Below, piece after piece: positions 39,301 to 49,500 of a stretch of DNA of 64,000 nucleotides (the stretch's first letter is position 1; the number at the start of each line of letters is the position of its first letter). Position numbers and translations under genes: made by a program. The stretch comes from an uncultured Enterobacteriaceae bacterium (GTDB taxonomy: Bacteria > Myxococcota_A > UBA9042), in NCBI GenBank assembly GCA_964438735.1, contig CAYTLW010000007.1, positions 8,594-72,593 of the forward strand, written 5' to 3'. The notes below the pieces were generated by a model. It saw only the letters and a program-made list of their open reading frames with translations. It searched no databases and was not told where the DNA came from.

Positions 39301-39846
39301 CGCGCCACAGCCGCCGCCACAGAAGGCGCCCAGGTTCTCGCCCTGCTCGCTGTAGGGCACGCAGAGGGACTTGCCGCCGCCGAGCGCGGCGCTGCAATCC
39401 GAGTCGCTCTGGCAGGGATCGCAGATGCGCGGAAAGCGCGGCACGCAGATGGACGTGGCATCGCCGGCCCCGGTGTCGACCAGCTTGCAGACGTAGTCCT
39501 CGGCGCAGTCGGTCACGCAGGTTTTGGCGCAGACCTTGCCGTCGAAGGTGTCGATGCAATAGCCCGAGTCGCACTCATCATTGCCCTTGCAGGGCTGGGC
39601 GGGCTGCTCGTCGGCGTCCGGCAGCGCGGTGCCCTGGTCGACCGGTTCGCCTGCGTCCTCATCGGCCGCATCGTTGATGACACTGTCGAAGTCCATGGTG
39701 ATGTCCGGACCCGCCGGTCCGGAGACCACGGAGTCATCGGCGGGATCCCCACAACCGGCCATGGTGCCGACGGTCATGCACAGCAGGGTGCAGAACAGAA
39801 GCATCGGGCGGGCGCCAACGGCCCGCCGGCGCGGAGTCTCGAGCAT
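36358..39846 (-). CDS. Cys-rich repeat lipoprotein (~21 Myxococcus-type cysteine-rich repeats) with C-terminal fibrinogen-related (FReD/COLFI-like) domain
   Basis: Signal peptide plus lipobox MLETPRRRAVGARPMLLFCTLLCMTVGTMAGC. Alternative ATG at 39867. G-rich Shine-Dalgarno before 39846. Repeats of CxDGNxCTxDxCxxxxGCxHxxN. C-terminus ...SCKHILDSGSSKGNGSYWIDPNGGGIGDAFSAVCLMSVAGGGWTKLY... has the hallmarks of the fibrinogen / fibrillar-collagen C-terminal fold. Confidence 0.75.
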   Translation of the reverse strand: MLETPRRRAVGARPMLLFCTLLCMTVGTMAGCGDPADDSVVSGPAGPDITMDFDSVINDAADEDAGEPVDQGTALPDADEQPAQPCKGNDECDSGYCIDTFDGKVCAKTCVTDCAEDYVCKLVDTGAGDATSICVPRFPRICDPCQSDSDCSAALGGGKSLCVPYSEQGENLGAFCGGGCGADVTCPEGWQCVDVVSVGGAKAKQCQRADLTCPCSARAKELGLVTGCSTTNGAGTCTGKRACNAKGLGACDAPAAVSETCNTQDDDCDGNTDEADPGVCDDNMVCTADSCNAGKCNHLPQAGACDDNNACTSDDACTEGKCIGTKVVCDDNNTCTIDGCDAIKGCVHNEQTGPACDDGDACTTKDICNKGVCTGGPALDCNDDNLCTDDSCDKKTGCTHLANSVACDDGDACTLADACTATECKGPGKQSCDDGNPCTTDGCDAKTACTHVHNTGACDDGNACTKEDVCASGKCAAKPVTCSDGQVCTTDGCDPAKGCTFTPNSSACDDGSACTVGDGCAAGKCQPGKALVCNDGNVCTVDECEAKTGCSHVHAKPGAPCSDGSVCTESDGCLAGKCAPGKPKSCDDGKLCTNDTCHHLNGCAHPANALPCDDGNACTANDGCKAGTCAPGNPVTCADGNVCTDDACDKAKGCVFTHNSAGCNDGNTCSDKDICKAGACTPGGPKVCDDKNNCTTDGCHWKNGCLHVANTAPCDDGNACTKPDACKDKSCAAGAPLVCDDGKVCTDDSCDKTKGCQHAPNSAKCSDGDVCTLTDSCLGGFCIPGKKKSCSDGELCTDDGCDKAKGCTFTANTKPCSDNSKCTLKDTCTGGKCAPGAAPNCDDGKLCTDDACAPATGCTHKANTKPCSDGNACTTNDICTGGSCKPGSAKNCNDNKLCTTDFCDASKGCINANNAAPCSDGSVCTLNDACNGGSCKPGSAKKCDDGNPCTLNGCDKGQGCTTKNVANGKGCGAAKWCQSGKCVPKTVGTKSNPALSCKHILDSGSSKGNGSYWIDPNGGGIGDAFSAVCLMSVAGGGWTKLYPNVASSLHGNTTKEYLYLYGNRWYRSPKTTLKWSWSSGKQLTGSYAYFNGSKGGSYTCKGSGETPHWGVGCSNGGGGQYKTLTYYGKNPNAAQGTVCQDKPGALCGCACRSNTTMYVRGH

Positions 39847-39896
39847 GATCCCCCCCTCGGTCGTCATAACAGGGTAGCGGTCTTCTGGGGGTCGGC

Positions 39897-42659
39897 TCAA
39901 GGCGCCTTGGGCACATCTTTGGCGCAACGGACTCCCAGAGCCGGATCGGTGCTCTTCTTGGGGCTGCTCTGGCGGTTGCCGGCGCGCACCTCCGCCGCCG
40001 TGCTGACCAGGCTGCCACCACGAACCACGCGGCCATCCTTGGCGGGCGCGTGGGGATCCTTCTTGGGCGACTTGCTGTACCAGTCCGCCTGGTAGCCGTC
40101 GCTGACCCACTCGCTGACGTTGCCGCCCATGTCGCGCACGCCGTAGGGACTGATGTCCTTGGCCATGGTGCCGACGCTGCGCGTGGTGCCCAGGTCGCAG
40201 CCGCCCTTGTCGACGCCGAGCATGACCGTGAAGCTGCAGTTGGCCGCCGGCTTGGCCCAGGGCCAGGTCGGGGTCAGCTTGGCGCAGTCTTTGCCCCAGA
40301 TCTCGCAGCCGCCGCGGGCGGCCTTCTCCCACTCGGCTTCGGTCAGCAGGCGCTTGCCAAAGTGCTGGCAGACGGCCACCGCCGCGTCGTGGTCGATGCA
40401 GTTCATGGGGTGCTGAGCCTTGGTCTTGTCGCCCCAGTTGCACTTGGGCAGCGGGTCCTTGGGTTTGGCGCAGTTGCCGGCGTCCACGCATTGACCGTAT
40501 TGGTCGACGGTGATCTCGAAGCGATCGATGAAGAAGGCGCTCAACTGGACCTCGTGCTGGGGTTTCTCGTCGGGTTTGCAGGCGCCATCCAGGGCGGCGT
40601 TGCAGCCCATCTGTGTCGGCCCGTCGGGCACGTAGATCATGGCCGGCGCCAGGGCCAGGCACTGGCCGTCATGGCAGATCTTGGCCGTCTCGGCCCCCGC
40701 CGTGCAGACGCTGCCGTTGACCACCGAGCCGTGGCTGCACTTGCCCTTGGGACCACAGATGTCCACCGTGCACGGGTTCTTGTCATCGCAGGCGCTGTCA
40801 ACCGCGACCAGGCCGCATTTGCCAGTGCTCGGATTGCAGGTCGTCTTCTTGCAGCCCTGGGAGGCCTCGGTGCACGCGACGGCGGACGCGGGTTTGGTCT
40901 TGCACACCGGCGGGCTCGCGGCGGTGTCGCAGTAGGGCGTGCCGTTGCAGGCGTTGCCGTCGTCGATGCAGTCCGCGTCGGCTTTGCAGGCACAGAGATC
41001 GGTGCCGCCTTTGCAGCTGCCGGCCTTGCAGATGTCACCGACGGTGCAGGGCTTGCCGTCATCGCACTTGCTCAGGTCGGCGGACTTCTTCATGGCGCAC
41101 TTGCCGGTCTTCTTGTCGCAGGTGTTCTTCTTGCACGGGCCGTCATCCTTGCCGGTGCAGACGACAACGGTGGTCGGGTTGACCAGGCAGGTGGGCGGAT
41201 TCTGCAGCTTGTCGCAGTAGAGCGTGCCGTTGCACGCGTTGCCATCCTCCTTGCTCTTGCAGTCGTCGTTGGTCTCGCAGACACAGGTATTGGTGCCCGT
41301 CAGGCAGGAGCCGAAGCCGTCGCAGGTATCGTCCACGGTGCACGGGTTGTCGTCTGCGTTGCACTGGGAGAACTTGATGGCGAATTCCGGCTTGCAGACG
41401 CCCAGCGCCGGCGCGCAGGCCATGGTCATGCAGTCGGTGGAGCCGGCCTTGGAGCAGTGAATGATCGTGCCCGGGTGGACCTTGCAGGCGCCCGCCTTCT
41501 TGTCGCAGTAGAGCGCGCCATTGCATAGATCGCCGTCGTCGAATTGCTGGCAGTCCGCGTCCTGCTTGCAGCCGCAGAGATCGGTGCCCGATTTGCAGCT
41601 GCCGTCCTCGCAGACATCGCCCTTGGTGCACACCTGGCCGTCGTCGCAGGGGGTCAGGTCGGGCTTGGCTTCGGCGGTGCATTTGCCGGACTTCTTGTCG
41701 CACAGCACGGGGGCGCAAGGATCGGCGCCGGCGCCCGGGCAGGTGACCACCGTCGCCGGGTTGATCACGCACTTCGGCTTGCCGGCGCTCAGGTCGCAGT
41801 AGAGCGTGCCGTTGCAGGTGTCGCCATCCTCTTTGCCGGCGCAGTCCGCGTCCTTGACGCAGACGCAGGTATTGGCGCCACCGACGCAACTGCCCGCCTT
41901 GCAGTGATCGCTCGCAGTGCAACCATTGCCGTCATCACAGAGCTTGGGCGGTTGGGTGTCGGCGACCGCCTTGACGAGGCATTCGCCGGTGTCCGGCTTG
42001 CACTTGACCAGCTCGCAGGCGCCGGCGCTCAGGTGGCTGCAATCGACCACCGACGCCGGATTCGTCTTGCAGTTGTAGGGCACCTCGCTGGTGTCGCAAT
42101 AGGGCTGGCCGTTGCAGACGTTCTTGTCGTCCTTGCAGTCGGCGCTGACGTGGCAGGCGCAGATGTCCGACTTCGGGTCGCCGATGCATGTGCCCTTATC
42201 GTCGCAGTTGGCGCTCTTGGTGCAGGGGTCGCCATCATCGCACTTCGACTTGGCCGGCAGCGCTTTGGCCTTGCACTGGCCCGCGGTGCAGCTCCAGACC
42301 TGGCAGCTGTCGGGCGACTCGCCGCAGTCCTTGGCCACCTTGCAGCCGCCGGTGTCGACCGGTGTCGGCGTGTCCGCTTTGACGGCGTCGCCCTGCTCAC
42401 CGTCCACCTTGTCTGCTGTATCGGCGATGTCTGGCTGCGCGCCCGTGTCGCCGATTCCATCCGACATGCTGTCGGGGGGCGTGTCGGCGTCAGCGTCGTC
42501 GCCAGTGCCATCAACCACCTTGCCGCCGTCGTTGCCCGCGAAACCGCTCTCGTCGGGGACCATGTCCCAGCACGCCGGCAGCGCCAGCGTCGCCAGCAGC
42601 AGCCCGGCCCATCGGATCCCTGCACTGTGCGCGCATCGCGGTGTCTTCATGGCGTTCAT
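39897..42659 (-). CDS. Cys-rich repeat lipoprotein with C-terminal FGE-sulfatase (SUMF1/formylglycine-generating-enzyme-like) domain
   Basis: Signal peptide plus lipobox (MNAMKTPRCAHSAGIRWAGLLLATLALPAC). ~8 larger modules (CxCxxDADCAxxEDGDxCNGTLYCD...C.xNPxTVVxC) alternating with short CDDGxxCTxxDxC repeats. C-terminal domain with FGE motifs (MIYVPDGPTQMGC..., GKRLLTEAEWEKAARGG, GGNVSEWVSDGYQADWY, VVRGGS). Start ATG overlaps the stop of the upstream gene (TGATG). Confidence 0.75.
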   Translation of the reverse strand: MNAMKTPRCAHSAGIRWAGLLLATLALPACWDMVPDESGFAGNDGGKVVDGTGDDADADTPPDSMSDGIGDTGAQPDIADTADKVDGEQGDAVKADTPTPVDTGGCKVAKDCGESPDSCQVWSCTAGQCKAKALPAKSKCDDGDPCTKSANCDDKGTCIGDPKSDICACHVSADCKDDKNVCNGQPYCDTSEVPYNCKTNPASVVDCSHLSAGACELVKCKPDTGECLVKAVADTQPPKLCDDGNGCTASDHCKAGSCVGGANTCVCVKDADCAGKEDGDTCNGTLYCDLSAGKPKCVINPATVVTCPGAGADPCAPVLCDKKSGKCTAEAKPDLTPCDDGQVCTKGDVCEDGSCKSGTDLCGCKQDADCQQFDDGDLCNGALYCDKKAGACKVHPGTIIHCSKAGSTDCMTMACAPALGVCKPEFAIKFSQCNADDNPCTVDDTCDGFGSCLTGTNTCVCETNDDCKSKEDGNACNGTLYCDKLQNPPTCLVNPTTVVVCTGKDDGPCKKNTCDKKTGKCAMKKSADLSKCDDGKPCTVGDICKAGSCKGGTDLCACKADADCIDDGNACNGTPYCDTAASPPVCKTKPASAVACTEASQGCKKTTCNPSTGKCGLVAVDSACDDKNPCTVDICGPKGKCSHGSVVNGSVCTAGAETAKICHDGQCLALAPAMIYVPDGPTQMGCNAALDGACKPDEKPQHEVQLSAFFIDRFEITVDQYGQCVDAGNCAKPKDPLPKCNWGDKTKAQHPMNCIDHDAAVAVCQHFGKRLLTEAEWEKAARGGCEIWGKDCAKLTPTWPWAKPAANCSFTVMLGVDKGGCDLGTTRSVGTMAKDISPYGVRDMGGNVSEWVSDGYQADWYSKSPKKDPHAPAKDGRVVRGGSLVSTAAEVRAGNRQSSPKKSTDPALGVRCAKDVPKAP

Positions 42660-43519
42660 CAGAACCGCACCGCCCAGACCAGCCCGCGGCCTGTCGGCAC
42701 CACGGCGCTCGAGGTCGCCGGCTGTCCGCTGAGCCACCAGATGCCTGCGCCGGCCATGACGGCGCCGACGGTCATCAGGCTGACGCCGATGGCCATGCGC
42801 GTATTGGCCGACTCCTGGCGCGCCAGGGCGTCGTCGCGATCGATGCCGACCACCTTGCCTGCGCTGTCCTTGTTGTTGAGTTGCTCTTCGAGGGCATCCG
42901 CCTGATCGAGCGCGTCGAAGGTCAGCCAGCCGCCGGCAGCTGCCGCGACCACACCGGCCCCGACGCCGCCCCAGGCCAACAGGCGCGTGGTGCCTGCGGC
43001 CGCGCGCGCTCTGGCCGCCGCGTCCGCCTTCGCCTTTCGCTCCGCCGCCAGTTTCGCCGCTGCGGCTGCCGCCGCCTTCTGCGCCGCTTTTTGTTCCGCG
43101 GCGCGTTTGGCCGCCTGTTGCGCCGCATCGGCTGCCTTCTTGCGCTCCTCTTTGGCCTGCTGCCAGCGCTTGCTGGCCTTGGCGCGCAGTGCGTGGCTGG
43201 TCGGGGCGCGTCGCAGGAAGATCTCCCAGGCCTTCTCAGCCTCTTGCCAACGCTTGGCCTTGGACTCGCAGAGGGCGGCGCTGTAGAGGTACTCGACCGT
43301 GGCCGGATCGATGGTCGCCGCCTGCCGGTAGAGCTGGCTGCACAGCCGCCACTGCTTCGCCTTGGCCTTCGACGCGGCGACATAGGAGATGGCCGCCGCC
43401 TCCTCGGCCTTGCTGACCGCCTGGCCCCAGGCGGTCGAGCACAGCAAGATGGCGCCCAGCGCACACAGGCCGGCCAGGTACCGCAAGTGGGGTCCGGCTT
43501 TCGCTGACGGGGCGTGCAT
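42659..43519 (-). CDS. Membrane protein: signal peptide, TPR-like helices, Ala/Lys/Glu-rich coiled-coil, two C-terminal TM segments
   Basis: Real start ATG 43519 (MHAPSAKAGPHLRYLAGLCALGAILLCSTAWGQA), lying inside a longer GC-artefact ORF. ~70-aa AKAE-rich segment. TM helices LLAWGGVGAGVVAAAAGGWL and IGVSLMTVGAVMAGAGIWWL. Translationally coupled to the downstream FGE-domain gene. Confidence 0.5.
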   Translation of the reverse strand: MHAPSAKAGPHLRYLAGLCALGAILLCSTAWGQAVSKAEEAAAISYVAASKAKAKQWRLCSQLYRQAATIDPATVEYLYSAALCESKAKRWQEAEKAWEIFLRRAPTSHALRAKASKRWQQAKEERKKAADAAQQAAKRAAEQKAAQKAAAAAAAKLAAERKAKADAAARARAAAGTTRLLAWGGVGAGVVAAAAGGWLTFDALDQADALEEQLNNKDSAGKVVGIDRDDALARQESANTRMAIGVSLMTVGAVMAGAGIWWLSGQPATSSAVVPTGRGLVWAVRF

Positions 43520-43583
43520 CGACCGTTCCTCCTGGCGCCACATTGCAGCACGGCTCGGCCGAATCGGCCAGAATGCGCCGTTT

Positions 43584-46500
43584 CTACTTGCACACCCCGG
43601 CGCTGCAGGTCTTGCCGCCGCCGCAGGGGCTGTTGTCGGCCAGGTTGCCATGCTTGCAACCGGCAGCTGCGGTGCAGGTGTCCAGGGTACAGGGATTGGC
43701 GTCGTCGCAGCCCACCGAGGGCTTGTCTGCGCAGGCACCGGAGGCCGTACACTTGGTCGTGCCCCAGGCGTCGAGGCGCTGCAGCCAGCCAGCGGCCTTG
43801 TTGCCGCTGTCAGGCCGCTTGCCCACCAGGGCCAGGCCTTCCTTGAAGAGCGCGACACCGTGGGCCACGTCTGTTCCCGAGACACCAATAGTTGCGGCGC
43901 TGCGCACGTTGCCCTGCGCGTCGATGTGGGCGAGCAAGGCGTCCATCCCACCGCCCGGGCCGGGGTTCTGGTGGCCCACCGCGAACACGCCCAGGGGCGC
44001 TGCGGGAGCCAGGGCCAGCAGCAGGTTGTCGTTCGCGCCGGTGACCTTCGCCTGCCAGAGCAGGCTGCCGGAACCATTGATGCGCCAGACGCTGCCCACC
44101 TTCTTGTTGCCGCCGGCCACGTCGTGGAAGTAGCCCGCCGCGTACACGCCGTTGTCGCCATCGGAGAGGGCCGCCAGGCAGCCGTCATTCTGCGCGCCCC
44201 CGAAGGTCTTCAGCCATGACTGAGTGCCGCTGCTGGTCACGTTGAAGACCAGGCAATCGGTGCCTCCGGCACCCTGCGTCGTATCGCCGACGACGATCCC
44301 GTTGGTGCCGTGGGTCACCACGCCGCGCGCGGCCTGGTCACCGGTGCCACCGAACGTCTTGTCGAAATCCGAATTGCCGATGTCGGAGATCCGCAGCACG
44401 TACGCGTCGTAGCCGCCGCCGCCCTTGCTGTTGGTGCGACCGACCAGCAGGTGTTTGTCGGGGGCACGCCAGGCGGCCGCGAAGGCCTCCTCATCCTTGT
44501 CCCCCTCCTTGCTCTTGTCGAAGGCGAGCGTGCCATCGGCGTTGACCTTCGCCCACCACATGGCCTTGCCTTTGGCGGCGTCCAGGTTCTTGCTGCCGAA
44601 GACCAGGTGGCCAGCCTTCGCGGCGGCGATGACACCCCAGGCCACGTCGTCCTTGGCGCCGCCCCAGGTCTTCTCCTGGGTGATGGTGCCTGCGGAGTTG
44701 ACGCGCAGCAGCCAGGCATCCGCGCCGCCGGCTCCCTTGGACGTGGTGCTGCCCACCGCCACCAGCCCGCCGCCGTCGCGGGTGACGCCATGCAGCACAT
44801 CATCGCCAGAGACGCCGTAGAGTTTGGACAGCAGCTTGTCCTGCTTGCTCGCTTGGCAGACGCCGTTGGCGAAGCAGGTGCCAGGCAACGAACAGGCGTC
44901 GCCATCGGCGCAGTCGCCGGTCGCGTCGGCGTGGCTGCACACGCCCTTGTCGCAACCATCCAGCAGGCAATCCTTGCCGTCGTCGCAATCGGACGCCGAC
45001 TTGTCGGCACAACCCGATGACACGTCGCACGTGATATGGCCCCAGGCGTCCAGGCGGGCGACATGGATCTCCTCGTTGCTGTTGCCCGGCTGCGACTTGC
45101 TGGTGGTGACCACCGCGGGCGCGCCGTCGTGGGCCAGGCTGAGATCCCAGCCCCAATCCTCGCTGGCGCCGCCGACGTACTGCGTCCAGCGCGTGGTGCC
45201 GTGCAGATCGGTCGACACCACGTAGCCGTCCTCCTTGCCCAGATCGCCGTCCTTGTACGTGCCGACGGCGAAGACATTGTCGCCGACCCCCAACCGGACA
45301 CCGCGCAGGTTGTCATCGCCGTTGCCGCCGACGGTCTTGCTCCAGCGAACGCCGCCGGCCGCGTCGACCCGCAGCAGCCAGCCATCGATGCCGCCAGCGC
45401 CGAACGACTTGGTCGCCCCTGCCAGGGCGAAGCCGCCGTCGGGGAAGCGCGCCAGGCCGTAGCCCCACTCCTGGTCGCTGCCGCCGTAGTAGCGTCGCCA
45501 GCGTTCGCGGCCATCCCGATCGGTGCGCAGCAGGATCATGTCGCGGCTCTTGGAGATGCCGGCCTCGCTCTCGCCGATGATGGCGAAGCCGTCCGGCAGG
45601 GCGACCACATCATGGGCCCGGTCGACCTTGCCGCTGTAGCCCCAGGTCCGGCTGAAGAGCTTGTTGCCGCTGTTGCTGAAGGCGACCGTCAGGCCGTCCG
45701 TGCTGCCGGTGGCGATGTAGCCGACCGCGAAGAGGGCGCCGTCATCTCGCAACGCCACCGCGTGACCCCGGCTGGTGATCTCGCCGGTGACATGACCCTT
45801 GCTCCAGATCTTGCCGCCGCTGGCGTTGACTCGCATGACCATCAGCACCGGATCCTCGTCACCCAGGCTCTCGCTGAAGCCGGTGATGGCGTAGCCGCCA
45901 TCGCTCAACTGGACCAGCCCGAAGCCGTGCTCCTGGTCCTCGCCATTGGACAGGTCCACCGCCCACTTCTGCGTGCCGGCGCGATCGAGGTGGATCAGTC
46001 GCGCATTGCCATCCTCGCCGGAGCCGCCGCCGACCAGGGTGAATCCGTCGGCCGTCGTGACGATGTCGCGTCCCCAGCGCCGACTGGAGTGCGACGAGAA
46101 GGTCGAGAAGAGGCGCGGCTTGTTCAGGGTGGCGCACTTGCCCGAGCTGCAGACGCCGCCTGCCGAGCACACATTGCCGTCCTCGCACGCGCCGGCCAGG
46201 GCCGTGTATTTGCAGCCGCCGTTGGCCTTGTCGCAGCTGTCTGCGGTGCAGCTGTTGCCATCGCTGCAGATCTTCGGCTTGCCGGATGCGCAGGCGCCGG
46301 CGCTGCAGGCGTCTCCCACCGTACAGGCGTCGCCGTCGTCGCATGAGGCCGTGTTGTTGGCGAACTGGCATCCCTTGACCACGTCGCAGCTGTCGGTCGT
46401 GCAAGCGTTCTTGTCATCGCAGGTCTTCGGTGAGTTGCCCACGCACTTGCCGCCGTTGCAGGCGTCGATCTGGGTGCACACGTTGCCGTCATCACACGCT

Positions 46501-49500
46501 TTGGTGTGGTTGGTGAAGACGCAGCCCTTGGCCTTGTCGCAGACGTCGTCGGTGCAGGTATTGCCGTCGTCGCAGGTCACCTTCTTGCCGCCGCAGGTGC
46601 CCCCGCTGCACGCATCCGAGGCGGTGCAGGCGTCGCCATCGTCGCAGGTGGCGGTGTTGTTGACCTGCTTGCAGCCGGTGGCCTTGTCGCAGCTGTCGGT
46701 GGTGCAGACATTGCCGTCGTTGCAATCGGGTGCCTTGCCGCCCACACAGTTGCCGCCGCTGCAGGTATCGGCTGTGGTGCACGCGTCGGCGTCGTCGCAG
46801 GCGGCCGTGTTGTTGACGTGCACGCAGCCTTTGGCCTTGTCACAGCTGTCGGTGGTGCAGACCTTGCCGTCGTTACAGCTGGGCGCGCCACTGCCGACGC
46901 AGGTGCCGCCCTTGCAGCCGTCGGTGGTGGTGCACCCGTCACCGTCGTCGCAGGCCGCGGTGTTGTTGACGTGCTGGCAGCCCTTGGCCGGATCGCAGGA
47001 GTCGGTGGTGCAGACCTTGCCATCGCCGCAGTTCGGCGCCGGGCCGCCCTTGCAGGCGCCGCCGGAGCAGGCGTCGTTGAGCGTGCACTTGCTGCCGTCA
47101 TCACAACTGGCGCTGTTGTTGCTGTACACGCAGCCGGCCGCCTTGCTGCACGAGTCCGTCGTGCAGCCGTTGCCGTCGTCGCAGTTGGGTGGCTTGCTGC
47201 CGGAGCACGACCCGCCGGCGCAGACATCCACGGTGGTGCACTTGCTGCCGTCGTCGCAGGGCGCGGTGTTGTTGGCGGTCACGCAGCCCTTGGCTTTGTC
47301 GCAACTATCGGTGGTGCAGACCTTGCCGTCATCACAGACCGGTGCCTGACCGCCCACGCACTTGCCAACGCTGCAGGTGTCCTTGGTCGTACAGGCGTTG
47401 CCGTCGTTGCAGGGCGAGACATTCACGGTGTTGACGCAACCGATGGCCGCCTTGCAGCTGTCGGTCGTACACGGGTTGCCATCGCTGCAATCAGCTGCCG
47501 AACCAGGATCGCAGGCGCCGCCCTTGCAGAGGTCGCCGACCGTGCACTTGCTGCCGTCTGAACAGGGGTTGCCCGTGTTCTTCGCGCTCAACTTGCACGC
47601 CCCCGTCTTGGCGATGCACACATTGACCACGCAGGTCGTGTTTTGGGACGAATCGCAGGTGACGATGGTCTTGGGATCGATCTTGCAGGCATAGGGCGCC
47701 TTGGACGTGTCGCAGATCAGGGTGCCGTTGCAGGGGTTGCCGTCTTCCTTGGCGGCGCAATCGCTGTTCTTGGTGCAGGCGCACTGGTTGGCGCCCGACT
47801 GACAGCTGCCGCCACTGCATTTGTCGCCCGACGTGCACACGTTGTTGTCGTCGCAGGTGGCCGAATTGGCCGCGTGGGTGCAGCCCTTGGCTTTGTCGCA
47901 ACCATCGTTGGTGCAGGGGTTGCCGTCGTCGCAGGAGGGGGCTCCGCTGCCGACGCAGCCGCCCGATTTGCAGGTATCGGTGAGCGTGCACTTGCTGCCG
48001 TCATCGCACGGCTTGGTATTGGCCCCGTGAGTGCAGCCCTTGACGGCGTCGCAGGCGTCGTCGGTACAGGCGTTGTTGTCGTCGCAGTTGATGGCCACGC
48101 CCTTGCAGACGCCGCCGCCGCAGGCGTCGGACTTGGTGCAGACCGTGCCGTCGTCGCACGGTTTGCCGTTGTGGCCGTGGCTGCAGGCGCCGGTCTTGAC
48201 CCCGCAGCTGTCGTCCGTGCAGGGGTTGTTGTCGTCGCATGACTTGGCCTTGCCGGCCACGCATTTGCTGGCGGCGCAGCTGTCGCCGATGGTGCACTTG
48301 TTGCCATCGTTGCAGGGCTGTTTGTTGGCCACGTGTGAACAGCCGCTCTTGATATCGCAGCCATCGTTGGTGCAGGGGTTTCCATCGTCGCACTTGACGG
48401 CCTCGCCGGGCACGCAACTACCCGCCGCGCACGCGTCCCCCGAGGTGCAGGTGTTGCCATCATCGCAGGGCGCGGTGGTCGCGACATTGCTGCAACCGAC
48501 CAGCGGCTTGCATTGATCGGTGGTGCAGGCGTTCTTGTCGTTACAGCCGAGCGCCGCGCCTGGCGCGCATTTGCCGCCCTTGCAGCCGTCGTTGGTCGTG
48601 CACTTGTCGCCGTCGTCGCATGCGCCACCGCTGGCGGTGAAGGTGCAGCCCTTGGCTTTGTCGCAGCTGTCCGCGGTGCAGACCTGGCCGTCATTGCACA
48701 ACAAGGACTTCCCAGGTTTGCAGAGGCCCAGATAACAGGTGTCGGCGGCGGTGCACACGCTGCCGTCGGCATCGCATGATTTGCCCTCGTTGCGCGGCAG
48801 CAGCTTGCACTTGCCGGTCTTGGCGTCGCAGGTATTGACCCGGCAGGTGCTGTTCTTGGCCGCCGAGCAGGTCACGATGGTCTTGAGGTCGACCACGCAG
48901 ACGAAGGGCGCCTTGGCTTTGTCGCAGCGCAAGGTGCCGTTGCAGACGTTGCCATCCTCCTTGGCCTTGCAGTCGGCGTCTTTTTCGCATCCACAGATGT
49001 TTCCGCCGGCCTGGCAGGCGCCCGCCTTGCAGGTGTCGCCCGCCGTGCAGGGGTTGCCATCATCGCACTTGGCGGTCGATGGGCTGTGCACGCAGCCCTT
49101 GAGCTTGTCGCAGGCGTCGGTGGTGCACAGCTTGCCGTCATCGCAGGAAGTGGGTTTGCCGGGCACGCATTTGCCGCCGGAGCAGGTATCGCCCACGGTG
49201 CAGGCGCTGCCGTCGCTGCAGGAGGCGCTGGCAGGGCTCTGCAGGCAGCCCTTGTCGGTGTCGCAGGTGTGCTTGGTGCACGGGTTGCCATCCTCGCATT
49301 TGACCGATGTGCCGACGCAGCCGCCCGCCTTGCAGGCATCGGACGATGTACAGGCGTTGCCGTCGTCGCAGCTGCCCGCCTGCGCCTTCGTGGAGCACTT
49401 ACCGCTGTTCTTGAGGCAGGTGTCGATCGTGCACGGGTTGCCGTCGTCGCAGACTTTGGCCTTGCCCGCCACACACTTGCCGCCGGTGCAGCCGTCCCCG

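Noticed and set aside
42659-44188. 509-aa minus-strand ORF overlapping the 3' end of the giant gene
   Set aside because: Only the last 286 codons (from ATG 43519) make a coherent protein, with signal peptide, coiled-coil and TM helices. The upstream 223 codons overlap the giant gene in another frame and are GC artefact.
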